Translations under genes and position numbers: made by a program
In this document: piece after piece, positions 1 to 11,820 of the stretch
Layout: each line of letters starts with the position of its first letter
How positions within the stretch are numbered: position 1 is the stretch's first letter
NCBI GenBank assembly: GCA_010093705.1
Contig: MU006092.1
Coordinates: forward strand, 1,320,350 to 1,384,349
Reading direction: 5' to 3'
From: Patellaria atrata CBS 101060
Lineage: Eukaryota
Length of the DNA stretch: 64,000 nucleotides
The notes under the pieces: generated by a model
Told to the model about the DNA's origin: nothing
The model's input: the letters and a program-made list of their open reading frames with translations, nothing else
Databases searched by the model: none

Positions 1-214
1 TCTCATGCTCCTCGTCGTCCTGGCCTTGGCTATCAGCGTCGTGGCTGGGGTTGCGCGGACGCTCGGGTATACGGGGATATATCGCTACGTCCTGGGGGTT
101 TGTGCGCCGTATACGCCGCTGCGTGTTGGGTTGGTTGCTGGGTTGGGCGCGCTTATGGTGTGGTTTTTCATGGTAACGTTTATTTATGTTCTGAAGTGGA
201 CGGTCGAACCCTGA
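1..214 (+). CDS. Possible 3' end of a membrane-protein gene running in from the left edge
   Basis: Open hydrophobic frame ending TGA at 212-214. It shows the C-rich to G/T-rich shift seen at other gene 3' ends in this window. No recognisable motif, and the antisense frame is also partly open, so strand is uncertain. Confidence 0.3.
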   Translation, partial: LMLLVVLALAISVVAGVARTLGYTGIYRYVLGVCAPYTPLRVGLVAGLGALMVWFFMVTFIYVLKWTVEP

Positions 215-1280
215 GGGTGAAGGGGCTGAAAGGGGGGGTGTGGGTTTGGGAGAGAGTGTACGGTGGATTCGTGGTTACGACTCCGTTGGGGAGGTGTGGA
301 GGAGAGGTTGAAGACAGTAAGAAGGCACGTTTACTCTGGAATCATACCATCGGCCTGGATTACGTATACATCACATCACATCACATCGCCACGCGCCTCT
401 TCGGAGAATAGATATGCGGCCTTCTTTCGCCCGGGCACCTTAACATCCAATATCGAAGGTCTCGAGATCCCGAACCAAATCCTCCGAACGAAAACTCTCC
501 TTGACCCTTATATCTGGCAATATCTTACGTCATCCCCGCTCTAGTTTTACCTCCCATATACTCCCCGTACCCATACCCAGGGACTAACGGAGACGGAGAG
601 GGTTGTATTTCGCAATTAGTCGCTCTTGGTGTGACGTTATTGCATATTCAAATTAGAAGCGGCCGAGGAAGGGGATGGGAGTTTTCTATATGAGGCTCGA
701 GGACGAGGTTTGAGCGCGATTGTTCGAGGCCGAGTGTTGATATAGGTAGTGCGACCGGTATTGACGGGTTTTCACAGTGGGCAGGTAGTCATGGGAACTG
801 ACGGGGAAATGTCAATGGGATATTTTGACAATTTGAAATTTGATTTTTTTAGTAATAGTATCTATGGAATTTTACTTCCTCATAACAGCAACTTAAGAGT
901 GATATCGAAAACGTGACGCGCGACCCTATCCGGCATGGTTCTAGTTCCCATGTGGCTGAATGGTGGATCCAGATCTCGCACCCCGATCGCGCTACCTTAG
1001 CTCATCGAGATCTATGACATCGACGCGGCGCCGCGATTGAAATAACCCAATACCCCTGATCGCTTTTGTCTTTTCGTAAGTACTTCCTTCTATTTGTCTT
1101 GTTCGATGCAAATTCTCAATGCGAGTTTGTAGAACTAACCCATTGATCGGAGCAACAAAGAACATTCTCCGATCCCAAAGCATCACCATCTCCCAAACAC
1201 GGGACATATTCTTACGGTCTCCCAGCTTGAAAGCACATCCCTTCCACACTAGCATATTATCCAACCGATCCACGACAATA

Positions 1281-3160
1281 ATGACGCCCAAGCGAAAACT
1301 CCCCTACACCGACCCTACTGGCATCGCGCCGAACAAACGGTCCGCGCGCTCTAAACCCGTCGTCTTAGTCGACGACACTATCCCAACCCTTAACTCCAAA
1401 TCAACTGGACCAGTCGAACGTAATTCTCCGGAGTTCGACCACTCGCGCCCGGAAGAGCGTGCAGGGATAGTCCAGCGCACCTTCTACCCGCCCGAAATGT
1501 CCAACGAGCGGTGCGCACAATACAACGCCAACGAGATCCCACGGCCGATTGAAGAGCTCGAGGGCGCGATAGCCTCGACCGCCCAGTCTCGCGCGAAGAT
1601 TACTACTGGGAATGCGGTGGTGTTTTGGTTCAAGAGGGATTTGAGAATAAGGGATAATAAAGGGTTGAGTCTTGCGGGCAAGAAGGCAAGAGAGGCGGGA
1701 ATACCGCTGCTTTGTGTGTTTGTGGTGAGTCCGCAGGATTATCAGGCGCATTTAACGAGTCCGGCGAGGGTAGATTTTGAGTTGAGGACGCTCGCCATTT
1801 TGAAGCGAGATTTGGCGGAGCTAGACGTACCATTGGTGGTAGAGACTATTGTGAAAAGGAAGAAAGTTCCGGAATACTTGACCGGTTTGTGTGAAGAGTT
1901 GGGCGCGAGACATTTGTTTTGCAATATCGAGTATGAGGTTGATGAGCTAAGACGTGAGACACTACTTACGAAGAGGTGCTTAGAAAAAGATATTGATTTC
2001 TCCGCCGTCCATGATGATGTGGTTGTTGCACCAGGAAGATTGAAAACTGGCACTGGAAATCAATACGCAGTATATAGTCCTTGGTTTCGATCGTGGATTA
2101 GACATGTGCATGAGAATCCGGAGCTTTTAGATGAATGGGAAACCCCCGGCAAAAATCCGCCGTCTGCAAGAGATAAGTATGAACATCTTTTTGATAACCA
2201 CATCCCACCGGCACCGGAGAATAAGAAGCTTGGAGACGAAGAAAAGGAGCGGTTTGCACATTTGTGGCCGGCCGGCGAGCATGAAGCTATGGGTCGCCTA
2301 AGCAAGTTCCTTAACGAGAAGATTGGAAGATATCAAGCGGGTAGGAATTTTCCCGCTTCAAATAGTACAGCCTTAATATCTGTCCATCATTCAGCAGGAA
2401 CGCTCGCGGCCCGGATGTCTGTGAGGGAAGCCAGAAATGTCAACAATACGAAGAAGCTTGACGGTGGGAATCCCGGCATCGCGGGTTGGATCAGTGAGAT
2501 AGCTTGGAGAGACTTCTACAAGCATGTCCTAGCTCACTGGCCATATGTGTGGTGAGTGATGAGATGTTTACTTGTATCTAGAAGATGTTCTCCTACTAAT
2601 TCTATGTCAGCATGAACAAACCTTTCAAGTATGAGTACACTAGCATCGAGTGGGAATATAACGACGACCATTTCGACAAGTGGCGTAATGGCCAAACTGG
2701 CTTTCCCATCGTAGACGCAGCAATGCGGCAACTCAATCACATGGCCTATATGCATAACCGTTGCCGTATGATCGTCGCATCGTTTCTCGCCAAAGACCTA
2801 CTTCTCGATTGGCGTTTGGGCGAAAAGTATTTTATGGAGCATCTCATCGACGGAGACTTCGCCTCGAACAATGGCGGCTGGGGTTTCTCAGCATCAACTG
2901 GAGTAGATCCCCAACCGTACTTCAGAATCTTCAATCCACTGTTGCAGAGTGAAAAGTTCGATGCCGACGGAGAGTATATCAGGAAGTGGGTTCCGGAATT
3001 GAGGGATGTGAAGGGAAAGGCGATACATGATCCGTATGGGAGAGGGGAGGGGAAGTTGGCGGCAAAGAACGGCTATCCAAAGCCGGTTGTAGATCATAAA
3101 ATCTGTCGGGAAAGAGCGTTGGCGAGGTATAAGGCAGGAATCGGACGGGATACTGCGTAG
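1281..3160 (+). CDS. phr1: Deoxyribodipyrimidine (class I CPD) photolyase; 2 exons (1281-2551, 2611-3160)
   Basis: Motifs WFKRDLRIRDN, YAVYSPWFRSW, WISEIAWRDFY, GQTGFPIVDAAMRQL, MHNRCRMIVASFL, DGDFASNNGGW and RIFNP. Intron 2552-2610 (GTGAGT..CTAAT..CAG) restores WPYVCMNKPF. Start taken as MTPKRK at 1281; an upstream in-frame ATG exists at 1119. Confidence 0.95.
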
Positions 3161-4788
3161 TCCTAGAAGGAAAAGGAACCTGAAACGTCTATACCACGGC
3201 GGCGGTACCTGCCCTAAGAGGAAATAAGAAAACAACGACAGATACCCACCCCTTGTTATAAGCAAGAGAACACTTATCTTCGCAAATCGCACATTGGCAA
3301 GTTTCTCTACCATGCGGTTGGAAAATAGATGTAGTTGTCTATACTCGCATCGAGCTTCTCCTGAGGAAGAAGTTGTTGATGTTCTTCCCGCCCATGCAGT
3401 GTCATCGCCTGTTGCAGCGGATAGATTGGCCGGGAAACGGGGCATCCTTTAGGCATTTCCGCCTTGTCGTACTGCTTTGAAGTGTGAGTGTAGACTCTTC
3501 ATCCCTCGAGGGTAGATGCTGGATAATTCTCGAGGACTTGGTGACATCAATGAAGGTGCTCTGCTCGCAGGGGTTAACGGTGGAACATGAGTGTCGCTCT
3601 GAGGAGCTTTCACATCACAGTAGGAGTTCATCCATTCCGTTCCAGTGAAAGTCAAGCTCGAAGATTGAAGGGAAGTAATTTGTGCATTCAGATACAATTT
3701 AGCATAGTGACGGGAGTAAACAAGGCAACGACAAGCAGAAATGATATCTACAGCCGACTGAAGATGAATGAAAAGGGGTATATATGCGCTAGGGTTCAAA
3801 AGTCTCTCCGAAGATTAGTTTCCATTCAAAGTCTACATTCTCCTACGTCCGCGTAAACGGACAGCTTCATGATACAAATGACCTTGTGTTACGAAGATAC
3901 TAATGTTTAGAACTACTCGAGTAGTGTTGTTTCCCCGTCTCCTTGTCCAAGGTCCGGCAAACCTCATCTCTCGCATAGGGCCACCGGATCAGGCTCGAGC
4001 AAGGGATGACCATCGTAAAGCACCGTATTTGACCCGCACCATCAAAGGTGAGGTAATCAAATTGTCCTCAGCTGAAATGAGCGCGTGCTAAAAGAAATTT
4101 GTTGCGATGGCATCATAGTGGAACAGTTGTTGTAGAATCGAAGATACGGACGAAAAATGGATGGGGATGGTATACGATTCAGGAAATCATGGAGCAGGCA
4201 ATTGGCCAAAATGGATGGTTGCTCTTAGGCGTGACTGATTTTTATTGGATACTGGTGATTTTTGGCATGTTTGCTAGAGTTTGCGACGAAAAAGGTACGT
4301 ATCCGTACTCCACTGTATACCGTACTGATACATACAGCTACTCCTGTACCTCTACTGCACATCGTACGTTTACAAGATATGATCAGTAGTTCTTCTCCTC
4401 CTGTAGCTGATCAAGTGATAGATTCGAACCAAACCCAGGTCAGTAAGTGTAAGTCTGTAAGGTTGAGATTCTGTTGGGATTTCTGAATAGCTACAAGCGT
4501 TGAGATGAAACGGAATGGACTGGAGTTCTAATTCGAGATGGAACAGTAAAAATGACATACTGGATATCATAAAAGGCATGTTCTATTTTGCCTTCATTTT
4601 GGAATGCAAAAATATGTCTCCTCATAGTCGAATGACGGAAGCTGTTCGAGCCCAATTAAGATCGCAACAAGCTGCCATATAAGGTCAAGGGGAGCCGATC
4701 ATATCAGTTCAAACGATTCGTTTCGTGGTTTCCTAGGAGTGCTAAGGCTGGGAATGCAGTTGCCAGCGACTATCCCGCACCTGCCGCC

Positions 4789-4854
4789 AGCCTTCTTCGT
4801 ACTTTCCCACCCTGTAAAGCAAGCCTCCTTCGTACTTTCCGACCCTACAAGTGC
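4789..4854. repeat. Imperfect 33-bp tandem duplication
   Basis: agccttcttcgtactttcccaccctgtaaagca followed by agcctccttcgtactttccgaccctacaagtgc. Confidence 0.8.
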
Positions 4855-5566
4855 TGCTACTTGCCGCCACTTGCCTGTACACGTACCTAAAGCCCCCATT
4901 GAAGAACCATCAGAGTCCAAAGCCAAGGTGCCCCTCCCTTCACCGAGCCGATACGCCCGCGATTGAAAAAACCCCATCAAGGCCCATGCTCACCTCACTC
5001 CCGCCCCGGCTTTTTGGTCCCTGCATCAACATCTTGCAAAGCTCATCAATTCTTCTCCTCCAACATCGAGGATATGTATAAAAATCGGTCATAACCTTCC
5101 CACACTTTCAGATCCTTCTCCTTCTACTCCTCTCTTAGCACATCCATCCTCTTGCATATCTCTACCTATTACCCCAGACCGTTGACTCCCTCCCCCACCT
5201 CTTCCAATTATAATGCCCAGCTGACAACGAAATCTGGTGGGAGGAGCCAGGTCACAGATTGCCCACGGACATCTGCCCTACTCTTCCCTAATCACGTTTT
5301 TTCCCCTGCAGTCTGTTAATATCCATTCGAGATTTTTGACGGCCTTATTATTTCACATATCCTTTTCTCCATTTCTCACAGTCGTTTTTCAAGAAGTCGT
5401 CTGCATCTGCCTGAGTCGTGGCGATTACATTGGTGCAAAGGCGTGGCCGGTGACTTTGAGCCGGACTCACGTCGAACTTCTGGGCAACCAGCGCCTCTCC
5501 AAGGCGTCATTGCTTTTGTTCCCAAATTCCCGACTCCACACAGCGTTCAAAAAATCCGCTATATGA

Positions 5567-7332
5567 ATGCAGGACTCGAACGACACTCCGGTCGTTCGAG
5601 CCCGCTCAACTCTTGAAGTTGCTGTCGTTCAAGAGTCGCGTCCGCGGCCGAAAAAAACCATGGCGCCTATCGCGAGCGAACTTCTTGGCGACTACCTCTC
5701 CAGCACCTGGGCCCTATTCGCGCATCCGCCAATCGATTTGTACATCTATTGCAGACGTTCAATCACTCGGGCCGTAGAGTATCTTAGGAATAGCGGAGAT
5801 GAGCAGGTAGACATTGAGGCGATGGTGCGGGCTGGCCCACCACAAGGGACCATTGGCGACGGATATCATAAGGACTACCGATGGAGTTCCTACCCCTGGT
5901 TTGTGGCCGCAACCCTTACTATGGCCGTTGTTTTCCCGCTTGTTTGCGCGTACGAATCTTTTGAATGGTACCAACAACGGTGGCATCGGAGAGGGATGCA
6001 GCAGAAGAGGCTTAAGTGGTGGCAATGGCCATTACTCATGGCGGGATTGATCATTGCACCGCTCGGCTTGATGATTTGGTCTTTTGACCATTATGTTCTC
6101 GAGCCTTTACTCGAATTCAGAAGACCAAATATGGAAAAGATTGCTGAGAGGCAGAAGCCGAAACCTCTGCCTAAGATGAGGCCGCGGGCCTTGACACCAC
6201 CACTTGTTCGGCCAGCTTGGAGTGTCAAGAGAATGCAGCATCAGAAAACCATCAATCAGGATGAGTGTCTACTTTTGAACAAGTTGCCTGCAGAGCTTCG
6301 GATCATGATTTGGACATATGTTGTTGGTGGACAGACGCTGCACTTGTTCGAGCAGCCATATCGGATGGCTCACGTTGTCTGCAAAGACAAAGTTCCCCAT
6401 AGGAAGATGTTTAATCATCCCTGGTGCCGTCAGGATATTGGAATGGATTGGTTCCGTCACTCCATGTCTACGCCAGATCCGAAGAATAATCGGAACGTCC
6501 TGGCTCTGCTTAAGGCATGTCGACAAACGTAAGTTTTACACCTTTTGATACTCCTTATCCTCAAAAAAANNNNNNNNNNNNNNNNNNNNNNNNNNNNNNN
6601 NNNNNNNNNNNNNNNNNNNNNNNNNNNNNNNNNNNNNNNNNNNNNNNNNNNNNNNNNNNNNNNNNNNNNGGGGTGGCAAAAATAGCAAAATTGCCTCATC
6701 TTCCCCGCATCTACCGTCTTATCGAGAATTCTCCCCCCGCGTATGCCACGTTTACACAGAATTCCCGCTAATCTTTCTACAGCTATCACGAAGCTCTTCC
6801 CATCCTCTACAAGACCAACACCTTCGACTTCCGCCGCACCAGCACCCTTCCAATATTCGCCAACACCTTACTCCCACAACGTCTCACCTCCATCCGATCT
6901 CTCTACCTGGAATTTTACTTCGACGACGACCCCTTCAACAGCTCTGAACCCGGTTCCCTCGCCACCAACCCGCCCTGGGTCCAAATCACCAAACTCAAAG
7001 CGGACTGGGCCGCCACCCGCTCCATCCTCTCGCGGATGTCCGGCCTCCGTAACCTCCAAATCAAGCTCAGCGGTGTTTTCCGCCGCAAAGAGAGCACAGC
7101 GAAGTGTCTGCTGAGCTTGTGCGAGGTAAAGGTGCAGGGAAAGTTTGAAGTCACTGTGACATGGCCGCGCAGCGAGGAAGAGGCCGAGTTAGAGAAGAAC
7201 GGAGTCTTGACGTTCAAATGCAAGAGGCTTTTCGAAGAGACGTGGGATGCGAATGTCCTCACTTATCTGTATTTTCCGGGCGCACCAAGGGGCTGGGATA
7301 GTTGGGATATCAAACAAAGGGAAAGGTTCTAA
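5567..7332 (+). CDS. Fungal F-box-like (DUF7730-type) protein with two N-terminal hydrophobic segments; 2 exons (5567-6528, 6783-7332)
   Basis: LLNKLPAELRIMIWTYVVGG..LH F-box-like motif. Splicing 6529 GTAAGT..GCTAAT..CAG 6782 gives LLKACRQTYHEALPILYKTNTFDF, typical of this fungal family, and stays open to TAA 7330-7332. The intron spans a 100-N gap. Confidence 0.75.
6570..6669. other. Assembly gap (100 N)
   Basis: Run of N. Confidence 1.
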
Positions 7333-7849
7333 TCTATCCCGTTACGGCGTTTTTTGGTTTTCGGCTTTGTTTTGTTCGCAGCCTATGGGCTGTTCACACA
7401 TGGTGTTGTATCCGGGGATATGGCATTGGGAAGGGAAAGGGGGATATGGAATATGGTGGGGCGGATGGGGTTATTCGGCGAAGAGATCCGATAGGCTCTC
7501 GGTTTTTTTTCTTTTTTTTCCATCATCTATGGGATTCGTTTCGTGCTATGTTATTTTATCTTATATTAGTAATTTTTTCGAAAGGCGAAACGGGCCAGAC
7601 AAATATTTCTCGCTATCTATACAAATCCGCCTTCTTCTACCATCATCGACGTTCCTCAACATCATGGGAGTTAACTTGAAATGGTAAAACATGTAGAACA
7701 TGCCACTCTTCCGAATTTCAAAAATTATTATCCACCGCAGAACTCTCAGCTACGAATCTAGAATCAACGAAATCTCAAAACGTCGGCATCCCAATTCAAT
7801 ACAGTAGCCTCGATAAACCATCAAGCTGAAAAACAGCGCCACGTGCCAC

Positions 7850-8470
7850 ACACGACAATCTCCCAAATCGGTAGTCCCAGCACCATACCCTCGCCTCACC
7901 ACCACATCACGCTAGGGGCGAAAAGCCCCTTCCGTCGGAAACCCGGATCCGACCATCCGACCCGACGCCACGATAGCCGAAAAGTGCGCGCACCACACCT
8001 CAGGCATCTGACACGATTACCTTAGCCTCTTTCACCCCTTCTTCCCTAACCCACGTGCGGGACTATACCGTTCCCGGTGCTGATCATGCGAGCGCCCTCA
8101 AGGTAAGGTAAGGTAAGGTAGGAGAGATGCAGGGCCTACCCGACGGCAAAGGGGGCGATCGGGCTAAGGTAAGAGTATGGGGAGTGGCGGATGTTCTGCA
8201 CTCCACTCCGCTCTTTTACCTAAGGAGTGGTGATGGGATGAGTCGGGTGGGTTTAACACCGGATCGGGAAGGCGGATGCGAGCGTTTCGCTTATCGGACC
8301 CTGGATTTTTTTGGGGGATTCGGCATGGGTACGATGACGTCGGGTCTCGATGTTTGTTTCGCGTAAGGTAAGCGGAGGCTGCTTTGGCGTTGTGAGTTTG
8401 CGTGTTGACCGCTACGGGGTGGGGAGGCCGTTTTTGTGCTACGTTGCCGTACGCGCGTTGTGCGATGGGT
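7850..8470. ncRNA. Candidate structured non-coding RNA / fold-back element (identity unknown)
   Basis: Nested complementary segments: 7893-7905/8416-8428 (11/13), 7908-7912/8400-8404, 7959-7967/8338-8346 (9/9), 7976-7981/8319-8324 and 8017-8027/8162-8172 (11/11). Local hairpin 7915-7929 and (AGGTA)4 at 8101-8120. No credible ORF. Confidence 0.35.
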
Positions 8471-8569
8471 GCGGTTTTGATGTGTGGTTTCGCTCCGCCG
8501 TCGTCGGTCCTTAGGTTCTCTTCTGGGTTTTTGCTGTGGGTGATGGGGTTTGGTCTTAGTAGATTTATT

Positions 8570-10470
8570 TGATGAAGTGGTGACAGGATAGGAGTAGGTG
8601 GTTGGATAATGCTCGCCGTGTATTTCCTCATAAGCTCGCTGGAGGTTCTCAATCTTCGGCGGGTTGAACTGGAAGTTATCGATGAAGTTGTGAGAGGTAG
8701 TAGGCCCAATTTAAGTAATCCACAGAAAGACATCAGAAAGATTACTCTAGTAGGCACTGATTTCTGAGCAATAGTGAGCTTCATAGAGAGTAGTGCAGAG
8801 GTGTATGAAAACCAGCAGTTGGAGGGTAGGCCCAAAGGACTGGATCAAGGTAGATGGAGCGGGGACAGGGGAGCACGGGCGAGGAGGAATTTAGGGTAGA
8901 CTTTAGATGCGAGGGGGCTGGATCTAGTACCGTCGCGTAAGGGACATGTTTTTCAGACGGGTTCGGATGGCGTGGAGGTAGGATTCGAAGTAGACTGGTT
9001 GAAAGGCGCCTTATTGTCTGTCCAGGAAGAGATCAGCCACGTTTTCCATCTCACAGAGGAGCTGGAGTAGTAGTCCGAAAAGAGATTTGTTCGCCGCTAT
9101 GGTGGAATAGTCCTCTATGGGGCAGTAGAGAGATGGTCCTGGGGCGTTCTCATTCGGACTCAGAGCCCTATGATATGATTCTTGTAAGAAGGAGATTGGG
9201 GGTACAGTTTCTATGAGGGTGAAGATTTGCTGGTTGAAACTAGGAGGGTTCGTTGACCGTTCTCTCCTACGAGCCGGTAGCAAAAGTCCATTGGACTGCA
9301 TGATATCATTGCTCCATAGAAAATGACGGTACAAAAGGACTGTACAAGACTATGGCACAGACGAAACGAGTGCACTTATGCGAAGAGTCCCAAAGCTAGG
9401 AAGCTGAGGATACCAGTCCCAACTGCGTAAAAACAAGATATTTGTCAAAAGGTTCCGGGTGACAGTACGCTTCTAATGGTACAGCGAGCGTATAGTAGAG
9501 CGGAGCGACAGTTCTAACAGGAGAGATATCACCCACCGCGCAGGAACTCCAGTGATGACCACGGAAAACTGATTCAAACCACCTCTTTGCCGTTAATCCA
9601 CTCAATGCGGTACGAGCGGATCATTCAATAATTTCATCGCAACTTTTCTAGCTCACCAGCAAGAAGTTGACGTATTCATATTGCCGTCTTGATGTCCACT
9701 TGGAACTTTGGCTCTGCAATGCGCCGAATGATTTCAAGTTGACGCTCAACCTTTTACCACAGCAGTACGCTTGCTATTACTAAGAGGCAGTCACTCCATG
9801 TTCACGAACCTAGACGATAGAAATACTCATATAGAGGAGATCGTCACTGTTGAGAAGCACCCAAAGATGCTTTTGGGATGTTGCTGTAGTAGTGAAGATC
9901 CTACTGCCTCGAATTATCCTGCCGGTAGTGTCCGTTACGCGTAGCATTTAGATCCCAGACTTACGGTGGCCATACCATGTTACCAATAAATTTACTCACA
10001 ATGTCTCATCAGTTCCACTACATTCGCTTTGGAGTTGAAAGATCACGGCAGACAGTCTAATGGACCTACCTCAGACCTGATATTGACGTGGCGCTTTGAG
10101 GAAGCATTCAGAACATAATTGAGCAGAACTGTTCCATTCCTGTCACTGTTTTGACAGTCAAAAGTGAGACGGTTGCTGTCATCAGCAAGAGTCATCGATT
10201 TGGGAGTCGCTCCATAGCGCAAGTGGACCTGTTGCGGGAAGACGCCTCAGTTCCTCTGCCTACTATCCTCAAGGTATCGATTTTGAGTTGAGGTTGGCTA
10301 TTACGTTGAAGTTTCGAAGTCCGAGCTTGATTCCGCAATGTCTTACCTTCTTTAACTGTATTGGATGCTGAATAGTCGGGAATGCCGCTATACTGGGCCA
10401 AGGGCCCAGATCTCATCGTTTCTGACCTTTTCAGCCCAACCGTCTCTCCTCTTCTGCTCTTTCTCTTCAA
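8570..10470 (-). pseudogene. Possible decayed gene resembling fungal transcription-factor-type C-terminal domains
   Basis: Fragmentary minus-strand frames (LLYRHFLWSND..., LFGLLLQLLCEMENVADLFL, ISAY*SNLSDVFLWIT*IG) broken by stops and frameshifts. The resemblance is impressionistic. Confidence 0.25.
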
Positions 10471-11169
10471 ATAGAAAATGATGCGTGACGTGCGAACTTA
10501 CTTTATCGTCTACTACCTTCAGTATATTGAATCGAGACGGACGGCTGGATTGAACTGTAGAGCAAGGTGCTCCGCCATATAGATTCTTGTGGTCTCTTAC
10601 GTCGCCTAGCTTTTTCTACGATCTCATTCACGCTCTCATGCGCCTTCGTTCTGGTGGTAATTTAGAATAGTTCCGTCGTGTTATATTTAGTTCTGTATCA
10701 TAGATACGGCAGGTCATGAGCAGTTGCCACAGATGGTCGACAAAGTTTGAGCTGTTAAATTGATGATGTAACCCAATCTATGGGAGATCATGAATTATTA
10801 GAGGAAATATAGTCTTTAGATAGATATGCAAAAGCTAAAAAATCAGCTCCAATCCGAAGAGTGAGATGGAATAGGAGGTTGTATGCCTCGGTGGAGTTCG
10901 CGGAGCTGAAACCCGTACATATCCTCTTGCCCTTCTGAGATACGCCTGTACTAGAACTACAGCGGTCTAGGATATGAGCTGTCAAAGAAGCTGTGCTCCT
11001 TCGATGCATAACTTTCGAAAATTGATGAGTATCATGGAATGGATTAGAGGTTGCAACCTTGACGTTTGTATAGACTGTCGAAAACTACCTAACTATGCCT
11101 AATGTAGATAGTTCCAATTGCCAATCTCAACATAATCAACCTCCGACAACCACCAACAACCTCTCCGCA

Positions 11170-11820
11170 ACAAGCAAAAGAACAAGAGTATTCCATCGAG
11201 CGTCATATCTTTCGGAGTTTGTATAGGCTATGGTGTTCGCTAAAAATTCAACCTCAATTTATATACTGAAGTTCTTCTCTTCTTTTCTTCTTCTCTTTAT
11301 CATATTGTACTTTGCAGTTCCCTTGAGGTGAACAATCTCTATGACTATGGGGCCATCTAGAAGTTCTAAATCATCCCTCAAGAGTCCCTTCCCGGTCTTA
11401 CTACTTACTGAGGACGCCAAGCGCAAGGACTTCCAAAACCAATCCAGGAAGTTCCCATCAAAGCAAAGGATGTACTTGTTCGCTAGCAGTGCTACACCAG
11501 TCGGGGTTCCGATATCTGGTGCACCCATAGGGTGCCTTAGGGAGTGGTAAGGTTTCGCTGGTCTCATCTGGCTTGCGGGATGTCTGTATATCACTAGTGT
11601 GCAATTCTTTGGGGTTTCGAAAGTGAGCCCCTAACCAGACTGGGTAGTATCACCAACTTTCGTTGAACGCCTTTGCCGTGGCTCTTTGCAGTACTTCGCC
11701 GCCGTTTGGTCCGTTTTGTGGTTTCAAGGTCCTTTTGGTGGAACTCAATACAATTTTCACTGTATATCCTCAATCTACTTCTAGGTACAGTACAGGTGTT
11801 CCCGATGGGATAAGACATTT
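11170..11820 (-). pseudogene. Possible degenerate orphan gene
   Basis: Protein-like frame NKYILCFDGNFLDWFWKSLRLA...KRRRKEEKNFSI*IEVEFLANTIAYTNSERYDARWN continues through an in-frame TAA. The upstream part is in a different frame. Confidence 0.25.

Noticed and set aside
2894..3445. 183-aa minus-strand ORF
   Set aside because: Overlaps the photolyase 3' end antisense and has no motif
7930..7950. SRP RNA helix 8 (gtcggaaac)
   Set aside because: The flanking conserved CAGG/AGCAG internal loop is absent
8160..8375. U1 snRNA on the minus strand (cttacctt)
   Set aside because: No ATACTTACC 5' end and no recognisable U1-70K/U1A loops
8164..8835. 223-aa minus-strand ORF
   Set aside because: Non-ATG start and low-complexity translation. 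It is open largely because of the compositional skew of the fold-back region.
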